Source: a virus. From it: a stretch of DNA of 64,000 nt. The notes beneath the pieces were generated by a model. That model worked only from the letters and a program-made list of their open reading frames with translations, was not told where the DNA came from and did not search any database. The position numbers were made by a program, and so were the translations under genes. Below, one piece after another: positions 27,101 through 37,005 of the stretch (positions within the stretch are counted from its first letter, which is position 1; every line of letters begins with the position of its first letter). The DNA lies in IMG/VR virus record IMGVR_UViG_3300042888_000160, positions 14,392 to 78,391 of that record. One strand, written 5' to 3'.

Positions 27101-30100
27101 CAGTCATAGAGCTATTGAACCAACGTCCAACCATCATCTCACACACTCGCTTACCATCCTTCTCGTAGAAATTCAATACATTAGATGTGTATGCTTCTTT
27201 CTTTCCTACTTTAGTTACAGTAACTTCATTCTCTTCAAGGAGTCTAGAAGGAATCTGTACCTTCATACCACCTGAAATCTTAGGAGAAATTACATGGCTA
27301 TCAGCAATAGAATATAGAATGTTTCTAATTTGTTGATATGCAGGAGTAGCCTCAAGGATAACTTGACCTTTCTCAAATCCTTTCAATGCATCAGAGATGT
27401 TCTTATTAACCTCTCTCTTTAACATCTCAGTCTGTAAAGTCTTAGCAGCCTTATCAGGATATTTCATTTCCCAACCACCATCAATTTCAACAATACCCAA
27501 AGCACTTAATAACTCATTGTACCCATTATCAATGATGTCATTTAATAAGTTCTCATTAGTCTTTATCTCTTTATATAAAGGAGATGCTTCCTGTCTAGCT
27601 TCTTCACTCTTTATATTATTCCAAGCTTTATATCTTTCAACAAATTCTTTGTCTGCTAAGAAGTCAACAGGTACACCATTGTCCATAAAGTCAAGGGTGA
27701 TTAACTTAGTGTTCTGAGAACCACGAGTTACCAATGGTGTATCTTTAGAAGGTACATCAGTCTGAGTTGATATGATAGACATTGGAATGTTTACAATATC
27801 ATGGAATGGCTCTTCGTTAAATTGTCCTTCTGAATACAAAGCGTTAGTAGTTCCTTCATAGTTACCCACCTTTCTACCAGTTGCATATACAGCATAGTCA
27901 ACATCTTCTTTAATCATCTTCTCATACATCTTGAGAAGGTTAGAGCTTTTCTTTTCTGTTGCAGCTCCTTTATTAATTTGCTTAGCTAGTCTGTATGAAA
28001 TAGGATAAAGGGCAAACTTATCTAATACAACATCATTGTATGTAAGCTCTTCATCAAATCTGTTACCAGCTACACTAGGCTTGATAGGAGTGTATGCACT
28101 TTGAATTCCTGGGTTCTTCTTCTCAAACTCGTCAAGCTCTGTTTCAGACACTCCAGATTTATCAAGTTCTTCATATGCTATATCATGACGATATTGAACT
28201 TCATCAGTAGTCATATCCCAGTTACCCTCACGAATTCTGTAGTTACGATATGCTTTAAGATTAATGATACCTGCACCATCTGTCTCTTCAAAGATATCCT
28301 CCTCTTCATTATATCCAGGTAGATCTTGTACAGACTTAACATCATCAAGTGAAATACTTGTAAAGTAATCTCGTGTAAAGTCAGTATAGCCAGCATCACC
28401 AGGTTGGAATCCTTCATTCCATATACGTTGCATTGCAGCATTCATCTCTGCAGATCCATTCATCAATGGTTGACGTGGAGAGTTAAAGTTCTTGATACGC
28501 TTCAACTCATCTTTGTATTGATAAGGGTCAGAGTACATGATCTTGTGTAACTCAATGTTAGCAATCATGTAGTTAGCAGCAAAGCCTAACATAGCTCTAT
28601 CCAATTCAAATGAAGTCATATCATCTGATCCAGGAATATCAATGCTACTCATGTCAAAGTTATCTGTAGGAATACCATCTTCGATAACTGTATTAATGAT
28701 ACCATTTCTAGATAGAAGAACTTTAGTAATCTCAGCTTCGTCTGAGATATACTTATCAACAGCTGCCTCAATCTTAGATTGGTAATCTTTATATGTATCT
28801 TCAGCTGACTTCTCAGATGCAATGATTTGATCATGTAAGTCTTTACCTAATATCTCTTTAAAGAAACGTAGGTCTGAAGTTTTACGAGTCTCTTTCTTAT
28901 CTTGAACAATACGACGACCTTCTTTAGCTAGATTAAACTCATCAATAAAGTATCCTCTAAAGATTGCATTAGCTCTAGCTTTGATAGCGTCAGATGTTAA
29001 TGCAAGCTCAGTGTTAGTAAAGTTGATAGGTAAGCCCATCTCAACCATGTGTTCCATTGAAGCATCGCCTGGTACTAAGTTCAAGTAGAATCCTTTAGCA
29101 TTCAGGTTCATCTCTTGCAACAAACGTTGAGAGTATTTCAAACGAGATGATGATGTATTCTTACCAGCACCAACACTAACAATACCATCAGCGTATCCTA
29201 TAGAGAATACATTCTCAGATATTTCCTTCTTCTCACCAGTCTCTCTATCAAACATCTCATTAACAATGTATGAGTTTTGTGAGAATGAGTCAGTCAATAG
29301 ATAAGAGAACTTAGTATCTGCTAGCTCGCTCAAGTTACTAATGTTATTAAGAGCATCCATCAAATCAGTCATTGGGTTTGTACCAATGTATGTTTGCACA
29401 CGCTCACCATTAACATTGTAATATGTAGAGCTGAATTCAGGATTGTCCATCTTAGCTTGAACCTGAGCTAATTGTAATAAGTCTCCATCAATATCTAATG
29501 TTCTACCATCAACTGACATAAACTTATTAGCTGAATTAATACCCTTACGAATATTAGCTACAGCATTATTAAACGCTACTTGTTCTCTAGGAGAGCTTTC
29601 AAACAACTTCTCTAACTTATCTTGTTTGAACTCAATGCCTAATTGCTTTAATAATGCAAGACGCTTCTCTAAAGTATCAATCTTCAATCGAGCAGGACTA
29701 CCTTCTTTACCATAGTAAGCTGCAGTCTTTCTACCATCAGCATCAGTAGTTGTCTTCAATTCAAAGAATCTATTATCGCTACGAACTACACTTTTAATTC
29801 CATTAATGTAATCAAAACGAATATCTCTAGCTGCTGTACTAAAGTTTGAATCACCAATAACAACATCACCATTAGCCAATAAGAATAAGTTCTTAACAAC
29901 TGGGTTAGCTGTTTTGAATGTTCTCCAGAAAGAGTTAACTAATTCAACATCAGCCATTGTCTTTATATTAGGGAACCCTTGGTTCTCCTCAGTGAGATCA
30001 TCATTCTTAGTGATACGTCTGTAGATAGGAGCAAAGCGAACATCAGCTAATGCCATCTTACGTACCTCTTCCATCATCTGATCAATTGTAGTAGCTGTGC

Positions 30101-33100
30101 TAATCTTGTTTAACAAAGCCATACGAATCTCAGATACAGGAATAAGTGTAGCACCATTCAGTGATGAGAACTTAAACTCACCTGGTTTATCTGGATTAGG
30201 ATAAGGAATAGATGCTAATAATAACTTGATCTCAGAATTAGCTTTCTTAAACAAGTCAATCTTGTTAGCAGCATCATATAGATCTTTACCAGATCTATCT
30301 TCATCGTTAAGAACTAATGCATCATTCTCATCAAACGTAATGTTATAAGCTGTGATCTTCTCCTCGTATTGCTCAATGATGTGTTCCCAAGTTTCGTTAT
30401 TGGTTGTTAACTCATCATGCATTGCTAATGCTTTGCCATACATTGAGTCTGCTTGTTCTTGAGTTAATGTACCATTAGCAAGACCATCTTCAGCAGCAAG
30501 TCCTGATAATAAGATTCTACGATCTAAATCATCACGTAGGTATTGATATAACTCTCTCTTGTTTTTAGGATTGAATGCATTATCTAGGTTACCATTTCTG
30601 TTAACCAAGTCAGTAACAGTTCTGTACAACATGTGTTGAACAGCATCATTGATATTACCTGATGAAAAGATAGAACGTAGAGCAGCATCATCTGGAATAA
30701 GCACTTGTTCAATATCAATCAATCCTTTCTGAGAGTATGCTAGTTCACTATTGAATGGAGTGAACTGATTAAAGTAACCTCCACCAATCTTATTGAACAA
30801 TGTTTCTGTATTGCTATTTGACTTAGGACCTGTAAAGAACTCTTTGATAAATGATACCAAATCATCAAACAAACGAGCAATGAATGACATACCTGATTGA
30901 TTCTTAACAGGACGCTTACCATCATTAACAAAGTCTCTAAACTCTTCTGCTAGTTCTTCTTCAAGCTGTTCAGGAGTTGCTTCAGAGTACTTAACTTCTT
31001 TGCCTGTGTTTCTATCTGTGAATGATCCTGAACGTCCTTTGAATTCATTGATTACATCTTGAACCTCTTTAGGGTCAGCAAACATTCTCCACACTGCATG
31101 GAACACCTCATGATAAACTGTACCAAGTTCTGCATCTGCATAGATGTAGATAGCACCATCAGAGAACATACCCCAAGCCTGACGACCATTGGTACTTCTC
31201 AATACATTCTTAACACGATATACAGGAACGTTTGCAAAATTAGCTTTCAACCAAGCTTCTACATCATTCCAGTTCTCTGGTTTGAATGCTTTCAATTGAT
31301 TACTAATGATTTGACGCATTGCTGCATTGTTCGTACCACTCTGACGCATAGCTGCAATAATGTCTGCAGCACTCTTCATAGAAGATTTAGATACAGGCGT
31401 AGGAGCTACAGCATCAGCTTGAGCTACAACAGGTGCTGCAACTGGTGCAGGAGCTGTAGGAGCAGGCTGTGGTGTAAATGCTTCTTTAACTGTTTGGAAG
31501 ATCTTATTAGCAATAGCTCGCTCAGCTTGGTCCAATGAAATGTTCATTGCAATTGCTAAGTCTTGAGTAACTTGATCATTCTCAGGAAGACCTAAGTTAT
31601 TAGCTTCATCAATTGTATAACTAGCTTGACCAATCAATGTACCATTTGGTAACTTGATGTCAATAGTATTCATTGTAACACCATCACGTACAATACTTGT
31701 AGAGCTAGTAGCTATTTGTGGTAACTGTTGTGTAGGTGCTGCAGGAGCTGGTGTGATAACTAATGGTCCTGGTGCTGGTTGAGGTGCAGCAGTAACTACT
31801 GGCTGATTAGCCACAGCAGTTTCAAACTGAGTCTTGTTACCAGTTAATGTAAAGTAGTGACCCACCATGTTAACATCGTCATCACCTTTTAGTGGGCGAA
31901 TGTTTGTTGTAAATGGAACCTCACTTGCTTCTCTACCTTTACCTGACAATAAGAACGTTTGATAGTTTGGCCATGAACCAGAAACTTTTGAATTTGGAAA
32001 GTCTTTACTAACGTCACGCGTTACTATCTGACCATTCTTGAATCCAATAATCTCTTCGTATGGTTCTGTGATCAACTTAGGATCATTCAGACGACGAGCA
32101 TTAGCATTGAAGTACATGTTCTCCAATAGCGTAATGATAGAATCTTTGTTAGCTTCTAATGAATCTGGATCAAAGCTAAAGTTACCATCTTTACCAGACA
32201 TGAATAATCTTAACTCAGATACATTTGTTCCTGGTACAGTTACTCTCTCAAACCAGATACTATTGAATCCACCTTTCTCTCTTGGCTTACCCCAATATGC
32301 AACACTACGTAACCATGAAACTACACGCTTACTTTGCTCATCCTTGATAGTTCCATTCTCAAACATATTGTTTGATAAGAACTTGATTCCTTCAAAGATA
32401 GTGTTTGCTTCTTTGTTGCTGTACTTTCTTGCATTAAGCTTAATGTATCCTTTCGCTAAGTTTAAGAATACACGACCCATGGCTTTCTCAAACCTTGTTG
32501 TACCTTTCTCAGCAGGAGTATCAGTTGTATGTACATACATAGTTTGCTTACTATTCATGTCACTGTCTGAAATCAATCCAGAATCAACAACAGGAACTGT
32601 AGCACTATAGTCTCTTTCTGAAGACTTACCATCTTCTGACAATACTTGTACATAATCAGGAACACCAAACGATGTAGCAAACCCAATAGGATTTATATCT
32701 GTATTCTCAAACTGTTCTTTTCTCCAAGCTTTGTATTCTTTTGCAAGAGCATCGATAGTTGTTTGAGGTGTACCATCTCTGAACAATCTAGGAAGAGTTT
32801 CATTAGTAGGCATTGTTTGGAAAATAGCATTCTCAAACGATGGGTTCTCTAATGGAAGTCCATCTACACCAACTGGTCTACCCTTCTTATCTGTAATGAC
32901 AACTGCAATAACTGTTTCTGGTTTGATATCAGTACCTACTAAACCATCTTGTATTAAAGTTGGCATACCAAGCTTAGCTTGATTGTTAACAGTAACTACA
33001 ACAGCACGTAGGTTCTTGATTCTCTCAGGAGACATTCTGTATGCGAACTCATTTGCACGTATCTGATTTGCTTTAAGTTCACCAGCTGTTTTCTTAGAAG

Positions 33101-36100
33101 GATTGATAGTTGATAATACAACTTGCAACCAACTCTTTTTAGGATCAGGTTGATAAACTTTATCAGCAGGATTACTGTTCTCGACATCTTTACCCTGTGT
33201 ACCTAACACTTGAGCAATTAACTTCTCATCACTTCTTAACTTATTCTCACGAGTTTTTCTTTTTACATATTCGTCAGCAATCTGTTTGAAACGATTAAGA
33301 ACTTCATCTTTAGCCTTCAATTGCTTCTTTAATTGAAACAACTTATCTACAGCTTTAGAGATCTCAGCATTGATTTCATCAATCTGTTTCTCTCTAGGGA
33401 TAACTTCAATCTCATCAAGATCAGCAATCTCTCTATCAAAATTTGCTAAGTCATCTAACAATGCACCACTAACAGCAGTGTATGGAAGTAACTTCTCTGC
33501 TTCTGATGTAGGAGTTACATCCTTCTGACGATTAGTATCTTCAATGTTCTTGTTTAAGAAGTCACGCAGTTCGTTCTGTCCAAATGGTAGATCAGGATAC
33601 TTAGCAGCAAACTTGTCAATGATATCACGAACAAACTCAACAGCTACATCTAGAGCACCTTGAATATCTTTAAGGATTGATTGTAGTACAGATATATTCT
33701 CCTTAGTCTCTTCAACTAAGTATTCAATCTCATCACGTTCTTTCTGAAGCTCAGCTAAGAACTCATTACTTGACGTAGAGTATTCCCCAAGCTTATCATA
33801 AAGCTCAGTGATATAATCTAAGTTAAGTTCTGTCTGCTCTAATTCATTCTCAAGAGATTGTATCTCTAAGATTAATGAATCTTGAATCTTAGACAAACGC
33901 TTAACAGCTTTGATTGCGTTCTTAGTAATAGCCTTGAACTTCTTAGCTTTAGTGTATTCAGGATTGTTAGCTTTCTCTTGAGCATCTTTAAGCTCAGCTT
34001 GTGTCTTTTCTAACTGCTCAGTTCTTGAAGCAATTAACTCTTTAGTCTTAGCAAGATTCTCAGAAGCTTCGTTATATAACGCCTCAATCACATTACCTCT
34101 ATTAGCTAATGTAGCTTCAAGATTCTTTTGTAACTGACCAGACTTTTTAGCTTTGTTGTAGTCAGCTGTATCTTCTGCAGTTAGCTCACGACCAAAGGAG
34201 AATATACCTTCTTTGAAACCTTCCTTAGCTTGGAATGATTCTTGTGTAATATCAATAGTGCTAATCTTACCCTTGTCAGTTTTATATACAAACGTAAGTT
34301 TATCTGCTTTAGAATCATAACTTATTCTACCAGCTTGTTTACCACCTTTAGCTTTACCCCTATTCCAATAAGCTACTGTATTAATGTTACGTAGATAGAA
34401 ACTAGCATTAGGATTCTTATCTGTATCAGATACCTTACCTAACTTGTAGTCAGATAATTCATCTTTAGAAACATCTCTAACTCTACCATTAGATGTTTGG
34501 ATCTTGATAGTGCCATCCTCATTCTCACCTAGAATAGTAAGCTTAGGAAAACGATATACTTCTTTACCATTCTTGTCGTATTCTGTTACTTTACCAAGAT
34601 AGTATTCTGTACCAACTTCTAAATTCTCTTCACCATCTTTAGTCTTAACTGAAACCTTTGCTTTAACATCACCTTCTGGTGCAACATTAGTAACGTCTTC
34701 AGCAAATGTTTCAGGAGAACTAAACATTTCGTTCTGCTCTTTGATAGCTGCCTTCTTACGTAACTGGATCTCAGATACATCTTGAAGTTTAGTTAACAAA
34801 TCTTCTTTTACAAAATCACCTTCTAAAATACCAATGATCTTGTCTGCTTGCTTATCAATAGCTGCTGTTACTTCTTCTGGAGTAGCATCATTATTAATAG
34901 CATCTAAGATGTCAGATACAACAATACCTTTATTTCCTAAATCATCTTGAAGAGCTTTAGAACGTTCAGTGTAATCAGCAATCTTTGCTGTGCTATAAAC
35001 TAATTTATTAACTAAGTTAGATGAATACTTTCTGATAGGTTGTTTGTTACTATCAAGAATAGGTTTACCATTCTCATCTTTCAATATCTCACCACCTAAC
35101 TTCTGGTTTAATTGATTGTAACTCTTCTCAACAAGATTAGCTGTATTCTCAACATTTTGTAAACGAGCTAATAATTTCTTACGTCCTTCTTCAATACTAT
35201 CAACCTCACTAGCATAACCACCCTCAATCAATTGTTGGAAACCTTCATCAGTAAGAGCTTGCTCTCTAACAGATTTAACTTCTTCCATGACAGCATTCTT
35301 ACCAGCATACTTAATACGAGGCAAGAGGTATCCTAACATGTAATCTGATTCAAGATCTTTTTCTTCTAAAACATCACCTACACGAATAGCTTGATCTCTC
35401 ATAATCTGAGTCATAGCAGATCTATCCATGAACTCTTTCATTTCCTTAAGTTTCTCAACAAAAGGAACTTTGTTCCATGCAGCAATAGTTTCGTTTCTTA
35501 ACTTACCTTCTGCACCACCATATCCAAATACACCACGCTCAGCAATCTCTCCTGTTCTACCAGCAGTAAAGATACCTGATGTCATCATTGCTCCAGATAA
35601 ACCACCAATCAAAATGCTCTCTAAACCTTCATTAGATGTAAGAGTTTCTTTAATACCTTTACCAAGAACACCTTGCCCTCCAGGAGCTAATAGTCCTGCA
35701 AGGTCACTATACCAAGCATCCTCTTTATTGTAATCAGCTCTACTGAAATAATTAGATGTACCTTTCTCAATAGCATATTGCATACCTTCTTCAAATGCTT
35801 CAGCAGGATTAAATAGTAAAGATGCACCTTTGTATGTACCATACAACATCTTACCAAGACGACCTTGTGGTAATGCACTAGCCCATTTATTTCCTTTAAA
35901 AAGAACATTATTTAATTCTGTTCTTGCTCCTGAAAAGCTAGAACCAAATATTTTAGGAAGTTGAATATTGTTTGTTGCAGTTAACAATGCCATGTTTAAT
36001 CCAAATGTAGCACTACTTATACGATCTGCTGTATCAATAATTTGAGCTTTCTCATTTGCATTAGGCTCTCTACCATATGTTTGTCTAAATACATCAAGAC

Positions 36101-36998
36101 CTGTAGCTACTGCTTGCTTCTTAGCTTGGAATGCTTCCATCCCACTCTCTCCTGTTGAACTTAGAAAAGCACCAGCTAACTGTGAACCTTGTGAAAACTT
36201 AGCACCTGCAGCAACTGTACCTGCTCCTTCAAGAACACCACCAAATTGTACAAGTGATCTTGAGCCAGCATTCTTCAAGCTGTTTAGCATTGCTGACATA
36301 CTTCTACCTTCTGCAACAGCAGCGTTAGTTGCTTCAAGAGCTTGTAAACCTTTACCTGCAGCTACTAAACCTCTAGCTAATCCTAACCCTTCTAATGCAG
36401 CAGTCATACCATAACCTGTAACAGCAGCACCAGCTGCATATCCTAAGTTAGATACAATCTTATCCCACAAAAAGTTACCTGAGAAAATAGCATTAGCAGA
36501 CAATGGATCATCAATCTCTGCTTGTGTATAAAGATGTGGATTACTGATACGTAACTTCTCATCAATGGCATCCATTGATTTAAAGAAATCATTATCATAG
36601 AAAGAGCTAAACTTTCTATCAATAGCCCAAGAACCAAGGCCATAAACTAAACCAGCTGTATTGCTAGCAATAGTAGTTGCTGTTTTACCAGCAAACTTAA
36701 CAAGACCATTGATGGCTTTATCTGTGGTAGACTGACCATATGCATAAAAATCTGGAGACTTATCAGGATCATAAGAATCGTATTGTCTATTCTCATATAG
36801 ATCTTGAGATGATACAATCTTAGTAAATCCAGAAGAGTCAGAATTTGGAGCAGGTAAAGGAATGATACTATTCTTCCTTTCTTCAGATATTTCGAATGCA
36901 CGAGGAGTAGGAGACAAAGGTCTCATAGGTGCAATCTTAAGTGGCTCTAAAGAAGGTAATACATTTTCCCTTACAGGTTTTAAATCAGTTCCTGCCAT
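24150..36998 (-). CDS. Giant virion-packaged DNA-dependent RNA polymerase (crAss-like ejection protein)
   Basis: 4282 aa; YRIPTQKQNS and KKAGSDFDIDKL (DFDID at 26901-26915); ETDGAG; HEVFH zincin motif; N-terminal hydrophobic helices and coiled coil. Confidence 0.9.
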   Translation of the reverse strand: MAGTDLKPVRENVLPSLEPLKIAPMRPLSPTPRAFEISEERKNSIIPLPAPNSDSSGFTKIVSSQDLYENRQYDSYDPDKSPDFYAYGQSTTDKAINGLVKFAGKTATTIASNTAGLVYGLGSWAIDRKFSSFYDNDFFKSMDAIDEKLRISNPHLYTQAEIDDPLSANAIFSGNFLWDKIVSNLGYAAGAAVTGYGMTAALEGLGLARGLVAAGKGLQALEATNAAVAEGRSMSAMLNSLKNAGSRSLVQFGGVLEGAGTVAAGAKFSQGSQLAGAFLSSTGESGMEAFQAKKQAVATGLDVFRQTYGREPNANEKAQIIDTADRISSATFGLNMALLTATNNIQLPKIFGSSFSGARTELNNVLFKGNKWASALPQGRLGKMLYGTYKGASLLFNPAEAFEEGMQYAIEKGTSNYFSRADYNKEDAWYSDLAGLLAPGGQGVLGKGIKETLTSNEGLESILIGGLSGAMMTSGIFTAGRTGEIAERGVFGYGGAEGKLRNETIAAWNKVPFVEKLKEMKEFMDRSAMTQIMRDQAIRVGDVLEEKDLESDYMLGYLLPRIKYAGKNAVMEEVKSVREQALTDEGFQQLIEGGYASEVDSIEEGRKKLLARLQNVENTANLVEKSYNQLNQKLGGEILKDENGKPILDSNKQPIRKYSSNLVNKLVYSTAKIADYTERSKALQDDLGNKGIVVSDILDAINNDATPEEVTAAIDKQADKIIGILEGDFVKEDLLTKLQDVSEIQLRKKAAIKEQNEMFSSPETFAEDVTNVAPEGDVKAKVSVKTKDGEENLEVGTEYYLGKVTEYDKNGKEVYRFPKLTILGENEDGTIKIQTSNGRVRDVSKDELSDYKLGKVSDTDKNPNASFYLRNINTVAYWNRGKAKGGKQAGRISYDSKADKLTFVYKTDKGKISTIDITQESFQAKEGFKEGIFSFGRELTAEDTADYNKAKKSGQLQKNLEATLANRGNVIEALYNEASENLAKTKELIASRTEQLEKTQAELKDAQEKANNPEYTKAKKFKAITKNAIKAVKRLSKIQDSLILEIQSLENELEQTELNLDYITELYDKLGEYSTSSNEFLAELQKERDEIEYLVEETKENISVLQSILKDIQGALDVAVEFVRDIIDKFAAKYPDLPFGQNELRDFLNKNIEDTNRQKDVTPTSEAEKLLPYTAVSGALLDDLANFDREIADLDEIEVIPREKQIDEINAEISKAVDKLFQLKKQLKAKDEVLNRFKQIADEYVKRKTRENKLRSDEKLIAQVLGTQGKDVENSNPADKVYQPDPKKSWLQVVLSTINPSKKTAGELKANQIRANEFAYRMSPERIKNLRAVVVTVNNQAKLGMPTLIQDGLVGTDIKPETVIAVVITDKKGRPVGVDGLPLENPSFENAIFQTMPTNETLPRLFRDGTPQTTIDALAKEYKAWRKEQFENTDINPIGFATSFGVPDYVQVLSEDGKSSERDYSATVPVVDSGLISDSDMNSKQTMYVHTTDTPAEKGTTRFEKAMGRVFLNLAKGYIKLNARKYSNKEANTIFEGIKFLSNNMFENGTIKDEQSKRVVSWLRSVAYWGKPREKGGFNSIWFERVTVPGTNVSELRLFMSGKDGNFSFDPDSLEANKDSIITLLENMYFNANARRLNDPKLITEPYEEIIGFKNGQIVTRDVSKDFPNSKVSGSWPNYQTFLLSGKGREASEVPFTTNIRPLKGDDDVNMVGHYFTLTGNKTQFETAVANQPVVTAAPQPAPGPLVITPAPAAPTQQLPQIATSSTSIVRDGVTMNTIDIKLPNGTLIGQASYTIDEANNLGLPENDQVTQDLAIAMNISLDQAERAIANKIFQTVKEAFTPQPAPTAPAPVAAPVVAQADAVAPTPVSKSSMKSAADIIAAMRQSGTNNAAMRQIISNQLKAFKPENWNDVEAWLKANFANVPVYRVKNVLRSTNGRQAWGMFSDGAIYIYADAELGTVYHEVFHAVWRMFADPKEVQDVINEFKGRSGSFTDRNTGKEVKYSEATPEQLEEELAEEFRDFVNDGKRPVKNQSGMSFIARLFDDLVSFIKEFFTGPKSNSNTETLFNKIGGGYFNQFTPFNSELAYSQKGLIDIEQVLIPDDAALRSIFSSGNINDAVQHMLYRTVTDLVNRNGNLDNAFNPKNKRELYQYLRDDLDRRILLSGLAAEDGLANGTLTQEQADSMYGKALAMHDELTTNNETWEHIIEQYEEKITAYNITFDENDALVLNDEDRSGKDLYDAANKIDLFKKANSEIKLLLASIPYPNPDKPGEFKFSSLNGATLIPVSEIRMALLNKISTATTIDQMMEEVRKMALADVRFAPIYRRITKNDDLTEENQGFPNIKTMADVELVNSFWRTFKTANPVVKNLFLLANGDVVIGDSNFSTAARDIRFDYINGIKSVVRSDNRFFELKTTTDADGRKTAAYYGKEGSPARLKIDTLEKRLALLKQLGIEFKQDKLEKLFESSPREQVAFNNAVANIRKGINSANKFMSVDGRTLDIDGDLLQLAQVQAKMDNPEFSSTYYNVNGERVQTYIGTNPMTDLMDALNNISNLSELADTKFSYLLTDSFSQNSYIVNEMFDRETGEKKEISENVFSIGYADGIVSVGAGKNTSSSRLKYSQRLLQEMNLNAKGFYLNLVPGDASMEHMVEMGLPINFTNTELALTSDAIKARANAIFRGYFIDEFNLAKEGRRIVQDKKETRKTSDLRFFKEILGKDLHDQIIASEKSAEDTYKDYQSKIEAAVDKYISDEAEITKVLLSRNGIINTVIEDGIPTDNFDMSSIDIPGSDDMTSFELDRAMLGFAANYMIANIELHKIMYSDPYQYKDELKRIKNFNSPRQPLMNGSAEMNAAMQRIWNEGFQPGDAGYTDFTRDYFTSISLDDVKSVQDLPGYNEEEDIFEETDGAGIINLKAYRNYRIREGNWDMTTDEVQYRHDIAYEELDKSGVSETELDEFEKKNPGIQSAYTPIKPSVAGNRFDEELTYNDVVLDKFALYPISYRLAKQINKGAATEKKSSNLLKMYEKMIKEDVDYAVYATGRKVGNYEGTTNALYSEGQFNEEPFHDIVNIPMSIISTQTDVPSKDTPLVTRGSQNTKLITLDFMDNGVPVDFLADKEFVERYKAWNNIKSEEARQEASPLYKEIKTNENLLNDIIDNGYNELLSALGIVEIDGGWEMKYPDKAAKTLQTEMLKREVNKNISDALKGFEKGQVILEATPAYQQIRNILYSIADSHVISPKISGGMKVQIPSRLLEENEVTVTKVGKKEAYTSNVLNFYEKDGKRVCEMMVGRWFNSSMTDRELLKYLNTTPEGQEILSGLAYRIPTQKQNSIDSFVIKQFLPKEFGDSVVVPAALVKKAGSDFDIDKLNMYFKSVFTNLDGKPEMFRLKGSEKATKEYYAKVFDQLSASEDFFIRKQLEKLALSEDEDYDTDYESSTRDIEDKLMFKQENLFAKKDKFIDKAYKSALQNAYIQSSQNLASSKENFDQLVKPNSAKQLKDLSKEILKLRGLPESDNATTGAMLSRAFMSKLRHDFVVGKYAIGIAAVAQTNHSLNQRGTMYLDLEMLKNVPVDDRPWLGDGEVKFKNVNRVQVGDKMVVSLSGIKNKVGEYISDILGQFIDGYVDIAKGAWIMDLGATPDVAGTYMFLAKIGVPIDTVVYFMNQPLIRSYLNSLQVNNKTWLFNSRILNDILPDFDKDAVLSMKEIPSNTKLKEYIKGGNDYFNSSDGRNMQVFMLLEFLKYAKMANHLYKVTQGTNFDTAAFSDPYMIFKKDEQLKNARQTIISSPDKLLKNSFLGTLSKRLNDLRNAMAEILISDRSKIRGVLQKVLLPYVDTNDRDFMKISQKAVNDIFDWAVQTNTNGTKQAWNETIQRILIDNGYNFPRFFMMFKNDVLANPKHPLYNNEIIKMMVADDSSGRDNAVKNLKLKNKDNKVYDQNQVIFAFEELRDYLYGVPKVYGVSGKTFYKNLVGVSVLQSGLSQSGISFTSLLPYNDFTAVYSEVLSTIDNMDGIEAFYDEAVLNRNNWNDSRFTPNLKAQLIFSKKKKKYFYNMPMWFIGNNKDIQTAIDNNEIPQMLNVSLGSEGSNRDVIVYSWEEKMHKNWKRDKAIKKEMRKNGDYSYIKKGLFRKVYEDGEPVMYDSYNGRYSYVYKMINAWGQASNANEFYTTGRKSVIDNGFVPVDEKTDKQIMTIINPVIGDRRASVNDMSNSLSLLDIADDDQITSNDAIEAGIANDPRVMELDRKIEEATDLISAGKATPQTFAQIRKYHQERGKLVKELKYNNC

Positions 36999-37005
36999 AA
37001 TAGTT

